DNA of 63,595 nt, counting the filler, from Octopus bimaculoides (Eukaryota): assembly GCF_001194135.2 (NCBI RefSeq). It is 3 parts of 2 records of this genome, joined end to end, with 100 filler letters (N's around TTAATTAATTAA, not from the genome) between each part and the next. Parts side by side here need not be neighbours in the genome. Positions count along the whole stretch, not along the records: positions 1 to 30,292 come from NC_068987.1; positions 30,393 to 55,727 come from NC_068987.1; 1 more part is not named here. One strand, written 5' to 3'. Of the stretch, positions 26,280-39,804 are shown piece by piece. Numbering within the stretch: position 1 is the stretch's first letter; each line of letters begins with the position of its first letter. The position numbers and the translations under genes are program-made. Under the pieces are notes generated by a model. It saw only the letters and a program-made list of their open reading frames with translations, was not told the origin of the DNA and made no database searches.

Positions 26280-28034
26280 TCCCACTTCACAACTTGTACA
26301 TGGACAGCTAGGACACATTGACACCATCACCACTTTCATTACCATCAATTACTTCCACCCTCTAACACCAAAGCTACAGATATGATCATGATCATCGCCA
26401 CATTAACTTTCACACCGTCACCATCTACTATCAACACCACTATAACAGGACTAGGATCACAAGTATCAAAAAATAATGACACTGCATCGAGAGTACCACC
26501 ACCTTATACCTCGACCACCCTATCCTATTATACACTATTATTCAGTAGCAGCACCATTCCAGCATCGCCAATACCCCCCCCCCCACACACACACACACTT
26601 TTACAATACTGTCTATGTTACAGTGATAACTCTAATCTCTTCAACTTGCACCAATTTTCCACCTCGTTATCTCCTTACTTTACATCTCACACAATTAAAC
26701 TGTCTAAGTAGGAATTATCTGGCATCCAATGTTCATTGCATTACCATCTCCGATATCAGTAGCAGGTGCAACGTCACAATCACAACTACTACCACTACTT
26801 TTAAAACCATCCAACATTATCTCTGCAGCCACAGTACCCCGCTTATAGTCACTCCACAAATCACCATTCTCATAGCGCCATCATCACCAACAATATTAAT
26901 CTATATATGCATCACCTTCATTACCCTCTCCTTTATAACCTTCACCAACATAATCAGTACAAGAACAATGATAACTATCGCTGCTATAACCTTCAGCAAC
27001 ACTAATGGAAGTTTCACTCAGATCACATTTACAAATATTGTCACAATCACAACCAAAATCAGCAACTCCAATACATCGCCCAGCCAATTTAATCCAAACC
27101 ACGACTGCCACAACAACAAAACTGCCAATATCCGAAATCACTACAAGAAACCTTGTTAAGCTTATTTTCCTATTTACTTCTTGAACGTTACTTCTATTAT
27201 CACAACTGTTACTACCAGTAAATTTACGAGCATTCCACGTGCATTACTGCAATAACAAAGATGCCCAAGTAGCTGACCGAAAGCAATAAAAATACCTGGA
27301 GATGTAGATCCCTATAGTTAGAACATCCATCGTGAAGATTGTTGCAAGATTCGTGATCTAACATTCTGTACAGGTACGATTGCAGCAAAAGATTATTATT
27401 GGTAGATAACCAATTCAGGGTTAAATAGTCTCGTTGTATTGTCAGAGAAATAAATAGAACCCTAAGAAAACTATCACAACGGTAGCCTGCAAAAATATTT
27501 TGCCGGAATCTCACAAGTCTTTTATCTTTCTGATATGCAATCTCCTTTCCAGCTTTTTATTTTTACTATATTTAGTGTTAGACCTCAAGAGTCGGAAGGA
27601 AATGGATTGTGCTACACAAGTTCTCATTACATAAAGCTAGGTGATGTGTAGGTTCTGACTTTATGCTCGAATGATGCGTGCTCCTTGAGAATTGACTGTA
27701 CACTTTTCTACGCAGAAGTTTTCGCATAAACACATTTGTGACAATGAAATGCCGCTTCATCTGCAGATTGCATTAATTGCGAACGTACAAGAAATGCATA
27801 GTACAGGCGTGCTATTCCTCGCAGTATTGATATCCACGGCCTTCACCAGACGTCGTTAGAGATATATAAAACTACAAAACAAAACGTACCTTCACTACCG
27901 TCATCAACATCCGTAAGAAGACCGGCACTCCTCCGAAAAGTATCATCACTATCAACTCCAAAACCACCGACACTAACCTAACATCATCATCTTTACTCCT
28001 GACATCTCCGTCATTACTACTACTACCACTACTA

Positions 28035-28091
<57 letters not shown>

Positions 28092-29210
28092 GTACTACTA
28101 CTACTACTACTACTAGTACTAGTACTACTACTACTACTATTGCTGTTGCTACTACTAGTACTACTACTACTACCTCAGTACTATTACCAGTACTATCGCC
28201 GATATTTCCATAAGCTGCCCAACAAATATTTTTGACACCTTTCCCAAAGCTATCAACATCGTCATCATCACAAGTAAAACCATCGCAACAATCACCACCA
28301 ACTTCCACAGAAAGTATTTCTCTATTACCATCACAACTATCTCAATCACCATTTTCTCTACGGTAAAAACTTCTGCCGTAATCATCAGCACCATTATCAA
28401 TACCTCAATATTGAGTCTATCTACAAAGTGGGCGAGATGCCAGATTCGTTAGCCGACCGAGCAAAAATTATTCTGGTATCTCGGCGCTCTTGACGTCCTG
28501 TGTTCAAATTCCGACGTGGTCGAGTATAAGTATTATCATAAAATATACATCAGTTAAGTGCTGGCTTTGATGTAACCGTCTTACTACTTCTCCGAATTTG
28601 CCGGCTTTGTGCCATAATTTGAAACAAGTTTTAACTCTGCACTTAGCGCCACGAATACAGTAATCAACATTATCGTCATCACCACCAGCATAACCCGACC
28701 ATGAATGGTGCAACCAGCACCGCCATCAACGCAATATCACCAATATCTCTCTTAAATGACAACTACCGTATTTTTATAATCACTATTCTCATCTCTACAC
28801 TATCCTCGCTCTCAACTACAAAACAGACATACACAAATATAAGAACACCAGTTAAATAACTCAATAACTAAAATCATCACCACTGCAACTCCTCCAACAC
28901 CACCATCACTAATACAGTTAAAACTAGCACTAAATTACTCCCACTGTAAAACCACTACTACCACAACTACGAGACACTGTATCCTACAGAGATAGCTCTA
29001 ATCTCTTCAACTTGCTATAATTTTCCACCTCGTTATCTCCTTACTTTACATCTCACAAGCTTAAACTGTCTAAACAGGAATTGTATTATATCCATCGCTG
29101 AGTGCATTACCATCTATACCATAATCACCATCAGCAGCAGCAGCAGCAGCAGCAGCACCCATCACTATTTTACATATTTAACATCAGCATCAACATTATC
29201 ACCATCGTCG

Positions 29211-29254
<44 letters not shown>

Positions 29255-29284
29255 GTCATAATCGTCATCATCGTCGTCATCGTA

Positions 29285-29348
<64 letters not shown>

Positions 29349-29800
29349 ACATCATCGCCATCATCATCATCACCATCATCATCGTCATCATCATCCAGAA
29401 CTTCATCATCACTGTCATGAATATCACCAACATCCTCTTCGTTATCAATATCTTCCTCATCATTATCAGCTGTAACATCAGCAGCAACATCATCTCCACC
29501 AGAACATCATCATCATCGTTTTCCTTATCACTACCGCGATCATCACCATCAACATCGTAATTATCACTGTGATCTTCAACACCACTTCATCACTTACCAA
29601 ATTAATTATCAATAAAATCAACACCATTCGATCTCATTACCATATCAACTCAATCTGCTTCAGATCAGTGTTTTTATCACCATCATCCAAACCACGGCAG
29701 CCAACACAAGTCCATTACAATAATCGTGGACTTCACCATCTTGATATTCAACATGTTTCTCTACGAATATATCTTAGTAAATTTTCTTAATTCGATTTTC
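26280..29800. repeat. Low-complexity A/C/T-rich region with (ACT)n at about 28017-28172, (CAG)n at about 29131-29155 and (CAT)n at about 29205-29400
   Basis: Direct reading; it explains the poly-V, poly-I and poly-M ORFs. Confidence 0.9.
28425..28630 (+). mobile_element. Degenerate SINE-B
   Basis: gggcgagatgccagattcgttagc...gtgttcaaattccgacgtggtcga resembles the head of 44173-44398. Confidence 0.6.
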
Positions 29801-30292
29801 GTTCTTCATTTTATTTGCATTATTTTCTTGTTCTGTTAACAAAGCAGATTGTTTTCCTATCTCATAAATATGATCAGGTTCATTTCTCTTGCTGCATTGT
29901 TATCAGTCAAAACGTTTTTTTTTCATCCTATTATGGTTCATGTAGCTGCAAACAATAGGCACCAAGCGTAGAGGGTTGATCACGTATCTGCAGTTGGAAT
30001 GAATTTCTCCATGACGCAGATATGAGTGTAACTTTATTGAAAACGAATAGTTGGCAAACGATCAAGACCAATAACAAGGCAGATGTATATAATAAGACGC
30101 TCAACTCAATAACAATAATGGTTCAACACAAACATCAAATAAAACACATTCCAGAAGGGTCTGAACCCATAAAGTCTACTAAGAGAAACTAGGAATGTAC
30201 TAAATACGGACGAAACTGAAGTATTAAATATAATGTCTCAATTATATGAAAAATTTTGGAAAGGATAATTCGAAGCAAATGAGTATATATAT

Positions 30293-30392
30293 NNNNNNNN
30301 NNNNNNNNNNNNNNNNNNNNNNNNNNNNNNNNNNNNTTAATTAATTAANNNNNNNNNNNNNNNNNNNNNNNNNNNNNNNNNNNNNNNNNNNN
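30293..30392. other. Artificial scaffold linker N44-TTAATTAATTAA-N44 (100 bp)
   Basis: Counted 44 N + 12 nt + 44 N; the 12-mer is palindromic with stops in all six frames; identical linker at 55728-55827. Confidence 0.95.
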
Positions 30393-30559
30393 ATATATAT
30401 ATATATATATAAAGGAGAGCACTAGGTGGACTGTTAATGTGCTACAAGAAGATCACATGTAATTTTTTACCCTACTGTTCTAATTTATATATATATGTAT
30501 GTATGTATGTATGGATGGATGGATGGATGGATGGATGGATGGATGGATGGGTGGATGTG

Positions 30560-30765
30560 AGTTTGTGTCTGTGTTTGTCCCACCGCCACCGTTGTTGCAC
30601 ACCGATTTTGGTGCGTTTGCGTCTCCGTAATTTAGCTGTTCAGCAGGAAAGACTGATAGAATAAGCACCAGGCTTTACAGGGAATAAGTCCAGGGGTCAA
30701 TTTTTTCGACTAAAGGGTGGTGCTCTGGCATGACCACTGTCAAATGACTGAAACAAGTAAAAGAA
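30560..30765 (+). mobile_element. SINE-A 3' half
   Basis: Ends gtcaaatgactgaaacaagtaaaaga; resembles the reverse complement of 60715-60905. Confidence 0.85.
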
Positions 30766-30959
30766 TAAGAGAATAATAGAAAAACGTTCCATACCATTAA
30801 ACCAAGAAGGTTCTTTGAATATGTACAATGTATTCTAAGGTTAAATAGTAATTCCGTTTACGTTTGTGTAACTGAGATATTTTGGTTGGATTATATAGTC
30901 ATTTGTGTCACATTACTTTCTATATTCTGTAACTGTCACAATATACTTTTCTACGCCTG

Positions 30960-31100
30960 AAATTTTTGTGGGGTGTGGGCCAGTTCATTAGAAATTAAGC
31001 TGGTACTTAATTTATCGAGCCCCAAAGGACGAAAGCCAAAGTCGACCTCGGCAGAATTTGAACTCAGAACGTAAAGACAGACGGTTATATACGAACATTT
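30960..31100 (-). mobile_element. SINE-B fragment
   Basis: aaagtcgacctcggcagaatttgaactcagaacgtaaagac. Confidence 0.8.
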
Positions 31101-31205
31101 TTCATGGCACCGGTACATTTTTTACAGATGCTTACATTTTTATGTTTTGCGTGAATTTTTCACGGGTCCAGCTAGTATATATATTTAATATACATATATG
31201 TATGC

Positions 31206-31237
<32 letters not shown>

Positions 31238-31276
31238 ATGTGTGGGGGGTGTACATATACACACACACATACATAT

Positions 31277-31488
31277 CGAGGAATACGAAAAAGTTTCTAG
31301 TTTTACGAATGCGAAAGGCCTGGCTGGAGGCCCAACCTTCCAGTTTCTATTTCATGGCTTAGAATAACTGAAGGAGCACATCAGAAAGTGTGTGAATCTG
31401 AGAGGGGAATATGTCGAATAAAATCATAATTAACTCATCCTCCTGTAATTTTTTTACCCAAAGCCAGGAAATTTTCAGCACCCCCTCT
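31277..31488 (+). mobile_element. Mariner-derived MITE, second copy
   Basis: gtgtgaatctgagaggggaatatg...aagccaggaaattttcagcaccccctc; homologous to 18259-18475. Confidence 0.85.
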
Positions 31489-34400
31489 TATACATCTTTC
31501 ACAAAGTAACCGTCTATCAAATTCACGCGCAAGGCATTTGTCGAACGACGGGTTGAGTAGAAATCACTTCCCCAAGATGACACGCAGTGGGACTTAACCT
31601 GAAACGAACTTCTTAACAACGTGGTAAAACGAACTTCTTAACCACGAAACCACGTTCCAAAGATTTCAGTTCGTTAATAAAGTACCCAACCCTTACTCTA
31701 CCCTGGTTAAAAAGTATTAGATATTCTATAGAATGCCTACTCATTCTATTCAAATCCCTAGGTAAAGTATATAAAGTCAGAACGAAATAAGCTTACTCGG
31801 TCCTTTTACAAAGCAATTCTAGACGTTCTATTGAATACTTCAGCAGACTACATAATACTGTAGTTTCAAATAATGCCGATAATAAATACATACGCATATG
31901 TAGTCTATATAATTATCAAATATATATAGAATTGTGTCAAATAATATTTCATTTAAGAAAACGGGAAGAAAATAACGACAATTTTTATTGGAAATTTATT
32001 GTATCTTTGTGTTTTCCCAAAAATATATGTTGTATTATTAGTCATTCATATAGTCAGAGACCTGGAAATATGGTAATGTGACTGCAGAAGCTCATATTTT
32101 ACAAGCCAATAAAAAGCAAAACAACTAGTATCTTTCTGATATATAGTATGCTCTCTTCTTGAAATGTATGAAAAAGAACATTCATGTCTGGTTCAGTGAA
32201 GATGATATAACACTAACCATGAGCATCTTTATAAATCACCAACTGACATAAACCAACGATGGAACATCTACGTGGTTGCTCATCCAGTCAAAATAGCAAC
32301 TAAATTTTCCTCAAAATATACTCCACAGTCATACTGTCTTATGAAATGAGCACAGTGACCAATATAGCCCCTAATGAGGCACAAACGCGAGATGATCCTG
32401 GCGAATTGCTTTCAGCGGAGGCATGTTCGAACTGCCTAGAGGCTAAACAACCACAAGAGCTATGTGACATCTCAGTATTGATAAAATTCCTACAAGTGAA
32501 TGTGTCATGTATTCTATTATTTCTACATAACTGTTAAGTTTATTAAGAGAGTAAGAGGGCTTTAGTTCACTGTTAGGTACAAAATATGTTTAATAATTTA
32601 ACGAGTCATATGTTTATGAAAAATACTAAAGTAGAAATTCGATGAATAGGGATTGATGATATAAGTCCAAATCTGAAATGGACTAAAATGGACTAAAATT
32701 TTTCAAGGCGATGCCCCAGTATGGTCGCGGTTTAATAATTGAAACAAGTAAAGGATATAAGATAACAGAGAAAAGACCCCATATATAGATTAGACTTGAA
32801 GGATGAGAGTCAGTTTTGCTTTTTCCAGAGGAATCCCAGTTTTACTGGTTTTTATGCAAATGTGTTATTACATATCCCAGCGAGAATTTATGATAATTTG
32901 TTTATATGAATATTTATGAGTCGGCTGCAAGAATTGTATGTCTTCATTTCTTCTCCGTAGGTGTTCTCTTTTGTTCGCAAATTTCGACAAGATATTCACA
33001 TTCACTAAGCGGCTGATCTCTGCAAGAGTGCTTGGCATTTGCTCCTTGTACCATAGAACAAAATCAAGATTGCTGTTTTTATTAGAATTGCTTCCAGTTT
33101 GTATTCTTTATTTTTAAAGATACTTATACATTCTCGTTCTTGTAGGAGAACCAACAGATAGCATTGCAGATAGTTTTGCTGGTTTCTGGTGCGGATGATA
33201 TGTTCTATATTGCTATTTCAAAAGTGAAATTTTCTAACATAATGCACGGATCTATAACTATTCTTGTCTCCTTCATTGATCGGGTAACTTAATCGCCTTC
33301 TCCAATTCATGGACACCAAAATTGTACATCTGTAAGTGGGAAATAGTTAATCTATTATTTGTTCATGAGGAGGCTGGTTACTCTTCTTGTAGGTGTTTCT
33401 GGTAATGTCGAGAAGTATGGGATGGGGAATGAACTCGTGCATAATTTTGTACAGACATATGAATTGCTCTTCAAACTTTCATTTTAAGTCAGTTAGTTCC
33501 ATCGATCACATGGAACGAGTGGTATCTACCAGTAGCTCGTTACCTACTCACAAGACGTTATTGCTTACATTGTTTATTACTCATATAATGTACTCACAAT
33601 TTTATAGTGGGTGTGCGTGTCGTTTAAGTACAGAAGTGTCTCGCTTCTTTACTATTATTTGTGAGTGAGTGAGTGACTGACTGAGTGCGTGTCTGTGTGT
33701 GTGTGTGTCTGTGTGTGTGTGTGTGTGTGTTATTACATACATATATACATATAAATAATATATATATGCATATATATATGTGTACATACTTACATCCATA
33801 CATATATATATATNNNNNNNNNNNNNNNNNNNNNNNNNNNNNNNNNNNNNNNNNNNNNNNNNNNNNNNNNNNNNNNNNNNNNNNNNNNNNNNNNNNNNNN
33901 NNNNNNNNNNNNNNNNNNNNNNNNNNNNNNNNNNNNNNNNNNNNNNNNNNNNNNNNNNNNNNNNNNNNNNNNNNGTGTGTGTGTGTGTTATTACATACAT
34001 ATATACATATAAATAATATATATATGCATATGTGGGCACAGGACGTCACGAAACGTCTACAACAAAAAGATACGAAGCACGAGTGTGTGGAACATGAACT
34101 ATTCTTTCCAACAACAAAGGACATAAATGGAAAACAAAACAAACAACATAAAGAATGACCCTTCATCAGTTGTTGGCTGTTTTTCTAGTTTCGTATTTCG
34201 AGCATTTAACATATGCGTGTGTGTGTGTGTAATTTTGTGTATGTGTTCAACCCATGAATCTTAAATGGAGAATTCTAGTGTCTACGTACATACATATGTA
34301 TGAAAGTATATATGCATTTTTCTAAATACGTAAGTATTGTAAAGCTATGCATGTACAAACACAACAGATAATAATTTGTAGTAAACATACGATAAGAAGT

Positions 34401-34910
34401 ACTCATGCCAAGATTAAAGTTAACACCCAATGATATCAATCTTTCCTTTACTTTAATTTGACGTCAATTTCCCGTTATTCTGACATCTATAATGATCATT
34501 AACAAATGACATATATTTTAGATTTATTTTGTAATAATTATCAATATGTTTAATTAAGATGGTCGTATTTGACTGCATTATTGATGGCAAGAATACACTA
34601 GTAAATTGCCAAACGCTGACATCTAAAATCTGACACGAATTTTCCTGTCAAGACATTTTCATTGTGTCAGAAAATAATAATCTTAAAATAACAAATATTA
34701 TTGATATATTATCGTGTGATGAATATAGTAGGCGTTCCATTTGTAAGTTCAATCACTAGAAACTCGTGAATCATGTGGTTCAATATTGCGGTTTGGTTAA
34801 CAGAGACCTGTGGTCCAGTCTTGCTTAAAATTATTCAAGAAGAACTAAGAATCACAAAGAATATTTAAATCAAACACATGTATCTTTTAATTAAAAAAAA
34901 CTATATATAT

Positions 34911-35123
34911 CTTTTGTCTTGTAATTGCTTCAATCATTAGACTGTGGCCATGCTAGAGCATCGCCTTGGAGATTTTTTAGTTGAATGAATCGACTCTGGT
35001 AAATTTTAAAGCCTGGCGCTTATTCTATCGATATGTCTTGCCGAACCGCTAATTACGGAAACGTAAACACACTAGCATCAGTTGCCAAGTAGTGGTGAGG
35101 GATAAACACAGACACAAACAAAG

Positions 35124-35156
<33 letters not shown>

Positions 35157-35300
35157 CCGTCTACTAAATCCACCCACAAGGTTGTGGTCGGCCCGAGGCT
35201 GTAGTAGAAGACACTTGCTCAAGGTGCCTCGCAGTGAGACTCAACCTGAAACCATTTGGTTAGGGAGCAAACTGCTTACCACACTCCTACGCTTGCGCCT
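34911..35300 (-). mobile_element. Near full-length SINE-A with internal (CA)n
   Basis: Head ends ...tacgcttgcgcc at 35300; tail region cattagactgtggccatgc; internal microsatellite. Confidence 0.88.
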
Positions 35301-35321
35301 ATATGGAAATAATTTAATAAT

Positions 35322-35525
35322 AGTTTCAAATTTCGGTATTAGGCCAGTAACTTTGGTTGGAGGGAGTTAATCAATTTCATCGGCTTCAGTCCCTAACTGG
35401 TACTTTATTTCAGCGACCCCATGTGAAATAAAGGCAAAGTTGCCCTCGGCAAAGTTTTGGACTCCGGAAGTAAAGACTCATAAAAATGCTGCTAAGCATT
35501 TTGTCTGCTTCTGTCAGCTCGCCGC
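35322..35525 (-). mobile_element. SINE-B copy
   Basis: Ends ...ctgtcagctcgccgc (reverse complement of the GGCGGCGAGCTG head). Confidence 0.8.
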
Positions 35526-37389
35526 TTGACATAACTTGATTGAAAACGTTTGGTTTTCGTTTTATATGTATTACTATTTCCCATTTACCATCTTTTTTTA
35601 TAAGTTGCTTAATGTATCGGGTGACCCACGTCCCATGTAGATATTCAAGGATGAAAATACAACAGTGCTTCTCTTGATGCTTTCTACACAGCTTGAACTC
35701 GACAAATTGGGAGTTAACTAAATTTGTCGATTTTAGGGTTCGCCATGACACTTTTCATTGTACCATCGAAATTCTTTATTTTGAGTTTATTGTCGTAACT
35801 TAACTAAAGACGAACCATGTATATAACGATTCAATTGAATCTGTGTATGAAATGAGAGATAGACGAAACTCAGCTTGAGAACTTTTGTATGCCTCACAAA
35901 TTTTTCAATACTTTTGTCAACTCATTCTTGTACGTGCTCCGTTAATTGCTATCTACATTAATCACATAAAACCTAAATCCAACGACATAAACCGATTTAA
36001 GTTTCATGAAATAAATTACGAAGCTTATGTCATATCGCTGGGCAATGATTTTGACTCTCTTTTGAACTTTTCCAGTGTTTGGCAGCGTTTTCTTTTTCAG
36101 ATAAATTTTTTCTTGATCTGTAGACTGTACACTACCTTCTTCCACATTACAAACATCAAATTAAACATCGTTAACAACCTCCAAAACATCGTTTGCCGGT
36201 AATCATGACAAGAATCGAATAAAGAATTTCAGCTTATTGGTCGAGTGTTAATGGAACGACAGAAACACAACTTTGCCAGTTATCAAATAAATCCAACAAA
36301 TGATGTTGGATTTAAACAAGCGGAGAATTTATATTTATTTATTTTATTTAGTGTGTGTTTGTTCAATAAAGTATGGGAGAGAAAGAGAGCTAATTGAACA
36401 CCTTCTAACCTCTACTCACCAAATACTTTAGATAATTGGACGTGAATAAGAATTTTAAGTACAATAGTTTTGATTTGAAATTTTCCTTTCATAATATAAA
36501 AAATGTCTCTACTTTATTGAACAACTGATGGATTGCAGGAAATTAAGAAGCCTAAACCGAACAAAATTGATAACTTGTTAAATACTGAGCTAGACATTGT
36601 GGTCCATAAATGATAAATAGATTTTATTAGCAACAACATTTCCAGCTGTAAAAATGACTGGTGGGTCATAGTAGGTGTTTGATATGGTTACTTTGTTCGA
36701 CGTCAAAAATTTTCGAAGTAGAATTTTTTCTTTAAGTTATTTCTTTGTCTGCAGTTAAAATAGCCTGACAGAATTCTGTATAATGTACTATAGATACGTG
36801 TGTGTTAGTACCTGATATACACGTTAAATGTAAAATTAAAAAATAATGGCTAGAGCAAATATAGTAAGAATGTTATTTATATAGAAAGAAACCAGAGATC
36901 GACGAAAGATGTCTGTCATGTTACAATATGAATTGTCAAGGTAGGTCCTCTATAATGAAAATATTTAGATAGCACAACAATTAACATGATTATTAAACGC
37001 TAAACTTTATACTGTTTTATATTTTTTTATTAGTCTGAGAAATATAGAGAGAAAGTTATGTCCATTTTCTCCGATTGATTTTAAATTCCAATAAGTAAAA
37101 GAATTGCTTTCTTTCATATATCACTACTGTCACTAAAATTATATTCATGAACTAGTAAATAATCCTCTCTGCAGTCTCTCAAGTTCTGAGAATTAGAAGT
37201 CAAAATGCTTCATTCATTGATATGAGTGTGATACTTCGAGTTTTGTAATAAACCTTATAGAATCAATAGAGGACAAATCGCCTTCAGTAAAATATAAACG
37301 TTGGTTAAAATAAAGATTAGCCTTCTATTTTTTTAATTTTTGACTAATAAAATACACACACGCATACACATGCACGCATCACACACACA

Positions 37390-39205
37390 TATTCCATAAG
37401 GCTTTTCTTCTAAATTTGACGATTTATTTAAGTCACAGTTTTTCAGAAACAGCTTGATGTATTGGTGAACAGTCAATGGCTTTGTAATTATGAGGATTAA
37501 AGATGTACTCGAGAAAACGTTAGCTGGCATGAATGACAGGAAGCCATCTGAATATTGGAAAAGAGTTACCTGTACCATGTTAAATCGCGCCGAGTAAGAA
37601 AATGCCGATATCACGACAGCTGCTCAATGCCCTGATGAACACTATAAAGGACATCAGACATGGACAACTGTAACGGAAACTACGATCTCGTGGCCAGCAG
37701 GTAAGACACACCAGCAACAACATCGTGCCGCATAGGGAGGTAGTACTCTGACATTTTAGGACAGCTTCTAATGACATGCGTATTGTCTTCCACAGAAATA
37801 TGATATAGCCTACATATGCGGTTGTACTTTGTTGATTACAAGAGAGTCACTGTCTCTATTGTCCACCAGGTTCTTTGTGGAAATCTTGTGTTCCTGGATT
37901 GCAAACGCGTAGCCCTCAACGTGTGATGTGATGTAGTGGTCTTGTAGCCAAGAGAGGCTGCGCTTCGTGTTAATTCTACTGTTTTCTTCAAGCCTCCGAC
38001 CAACATACCCATGCATGGTTTTTTTATGCTGAGTGCTTTCCATCCAGGTCTTCTCTGAAGTAAGAGAGCCCAGCTGTTTTGGGGATGTATAAGAGATCAT
38101 TAAGAAGAGAGTGTTTCTTGAAAAGTTCACTGCCAACTTGTACAATGTTGCTCAATTTACTTTTCAGCACTGCATTTATATATTTATTTTTGCTGCTGTT
38201 GTTTAGCAGGTACTGCCTGAGTGTTACCATATGGAATTCGAAGGCCGTCTGCACTGATTTCAAACCTGTACCACTTTCATTTCTTCTTAGGTAGTGCCTG
38301 TCAATATCACTGTTTCTGTGGAAGTTCCCAGTTGTTGTTAGGATTTTGCGGGTTTTGATGTCTTGGAGTGGATTTCCTCAACAGACCAATCAAGTATCCC
38401 AATTGTTGGGATCAGCACTAGTACTGCAAATGCATTGTGGGATATTGTTTAGTTGTAAGAGGAGAGTCCCGACTGCCATATCTTCCTAAGTTTGGTGTAA
38501 TATTCTTGGGTCACTCTATCTTTATTTATAGTGTCTTCATATGATACATTTTCGTCTATGCCTAGGTACTTGTAATATTTTTTTGTGTGGAATGGGGAGA
38601 TAGAGAGACCGTTGATGTACATTTTAACCATTTTACCATAAACTTTCAGGTTGTATGATATACATAGTTATTTCTAGCGGTTGAAGATCCTAGCATGTAA
38701 CCATGTGTTTCATGCAGTGGGAACAATAATGGATTCAGTGCCAAAATTAAAAGATCTACAGAAAGATTATCTCCTTAGAATATTCCCTTTGTAATAGCTA
38801 TACTCTTAGAAACAATTATTCGGTTCTCAGTTGTAAGGGTAAGAATAGTTGTGCATATCTTTGTGAATCTCTGCATAACAGCAATTAAGGTCGTAGCTAC
38901 TTCAAAAGCTATGAATGAGGGATAGAGTTGAATGCCTTCTTATAGTCAAGTCATTCTGTCACACTGCGTTGTTTTCTTACTTAAGACAGTACATCATTGT
39001 TTAGTAAAATTGTTCGGCACTTTGCCACGTTCCCTCCTTTCCATCAGCCTGTTTATTAATCACAACGTTTTCGACTCACAATGGTCTTGGAGGAATATGA
39101 AGAGGCAGCTTGTGTACAGTATGCACATAATGTTTAGGCAAACGATGGTCCTGTAGTTTTCCACCGTCTCAGTGATTTCGTTTTTGGCAACATGATTTGT
39201 CCTTA
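37390..39205 (-). mobile_element. Decayed R4/Dong-like non-LTR retrotransposon (RT through CCHC and start of the REL domain)
   Basis: LPKNEITETVENYRTIVCLNIM; LDYKKAFNSIPHS; GIF*GDNLS; YKYLGIDENVSY; MHGYV...VEGYAFAIQE; THVIRSCPKMSEYYLPMRHDVVA. Confidence 0.85.
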
Positions 39206-39773
39206 GTTATATATGTATGTATGTATTATGCATGTATGTATAAAAGGACGGATTAGCCATAGACTGTCTAGCAATACTACGGGCCCTCATAAATTCGGGG
39301 TTAGCGTCCGGCGTGCTGAAAGGACAACCGGAAATAAAGAACTTCTTAGCTCTTCTGAAAGCATGTTTCTATAAAGTCACACTGATATAAAACCAGATAT
39401 GCAAGGAACAGCATTCGACATGGCGCTTCTACATTGGTGAGTCTGTTAACCATATTGCCACTGGATATCTTGCCATGGCGCATCTCTGGATCATGTTATT
39501 AGAGAGGAAAGGTTCAATGAGCTACGGTGAAAGCCTTATTGGACCTAAAACTTTAGGATGATTGATCGCCTGCCAAGCAACTATCCGATGTCCGGTTAAG
39601 TAGGAAGCCGCAATTGTGAACCCGGGTAAAGCCAACTTCTGGAACAATAACCTCATGCACGGGCATTGTTGGCATCTTGTATAGGGTTATGGCCAATGAT
39701 GCACTCTTTCGGTCACGAAACGAGCATCATACACACATACATACGTACATACATACATACATACGTATATACA

Positions 39774-39802
<29 letters not shown>

Positions 39803-39804
<2 letters not shown>

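Noticed and set aside
26476-27159. 227-aa Thr/Ile-rich ORF as a mucin-like protein
   Set aside because: It derives from ACC/ATC/ACA low-complexity DNA that is naturally stop-poor; no domain evidence.
27973-29560. Poly-V, poly-I, poly-M and poly-Q ORFs
   Set aside because: Translations of (ACT)n, (CAT)n and (CAG)n microsatellites.
33719-34030. Direct repeat flanking the gap at 33814-33974
   Set aside because: The same flank on both sides of an N gap is typical of assembly overlap duplication; the same applies to 8627-8740.
34040-34200. CUGAUGA motif on the minus strand as a hammerhead
   Set aside because: No stem II followed by GAAA at the required position.
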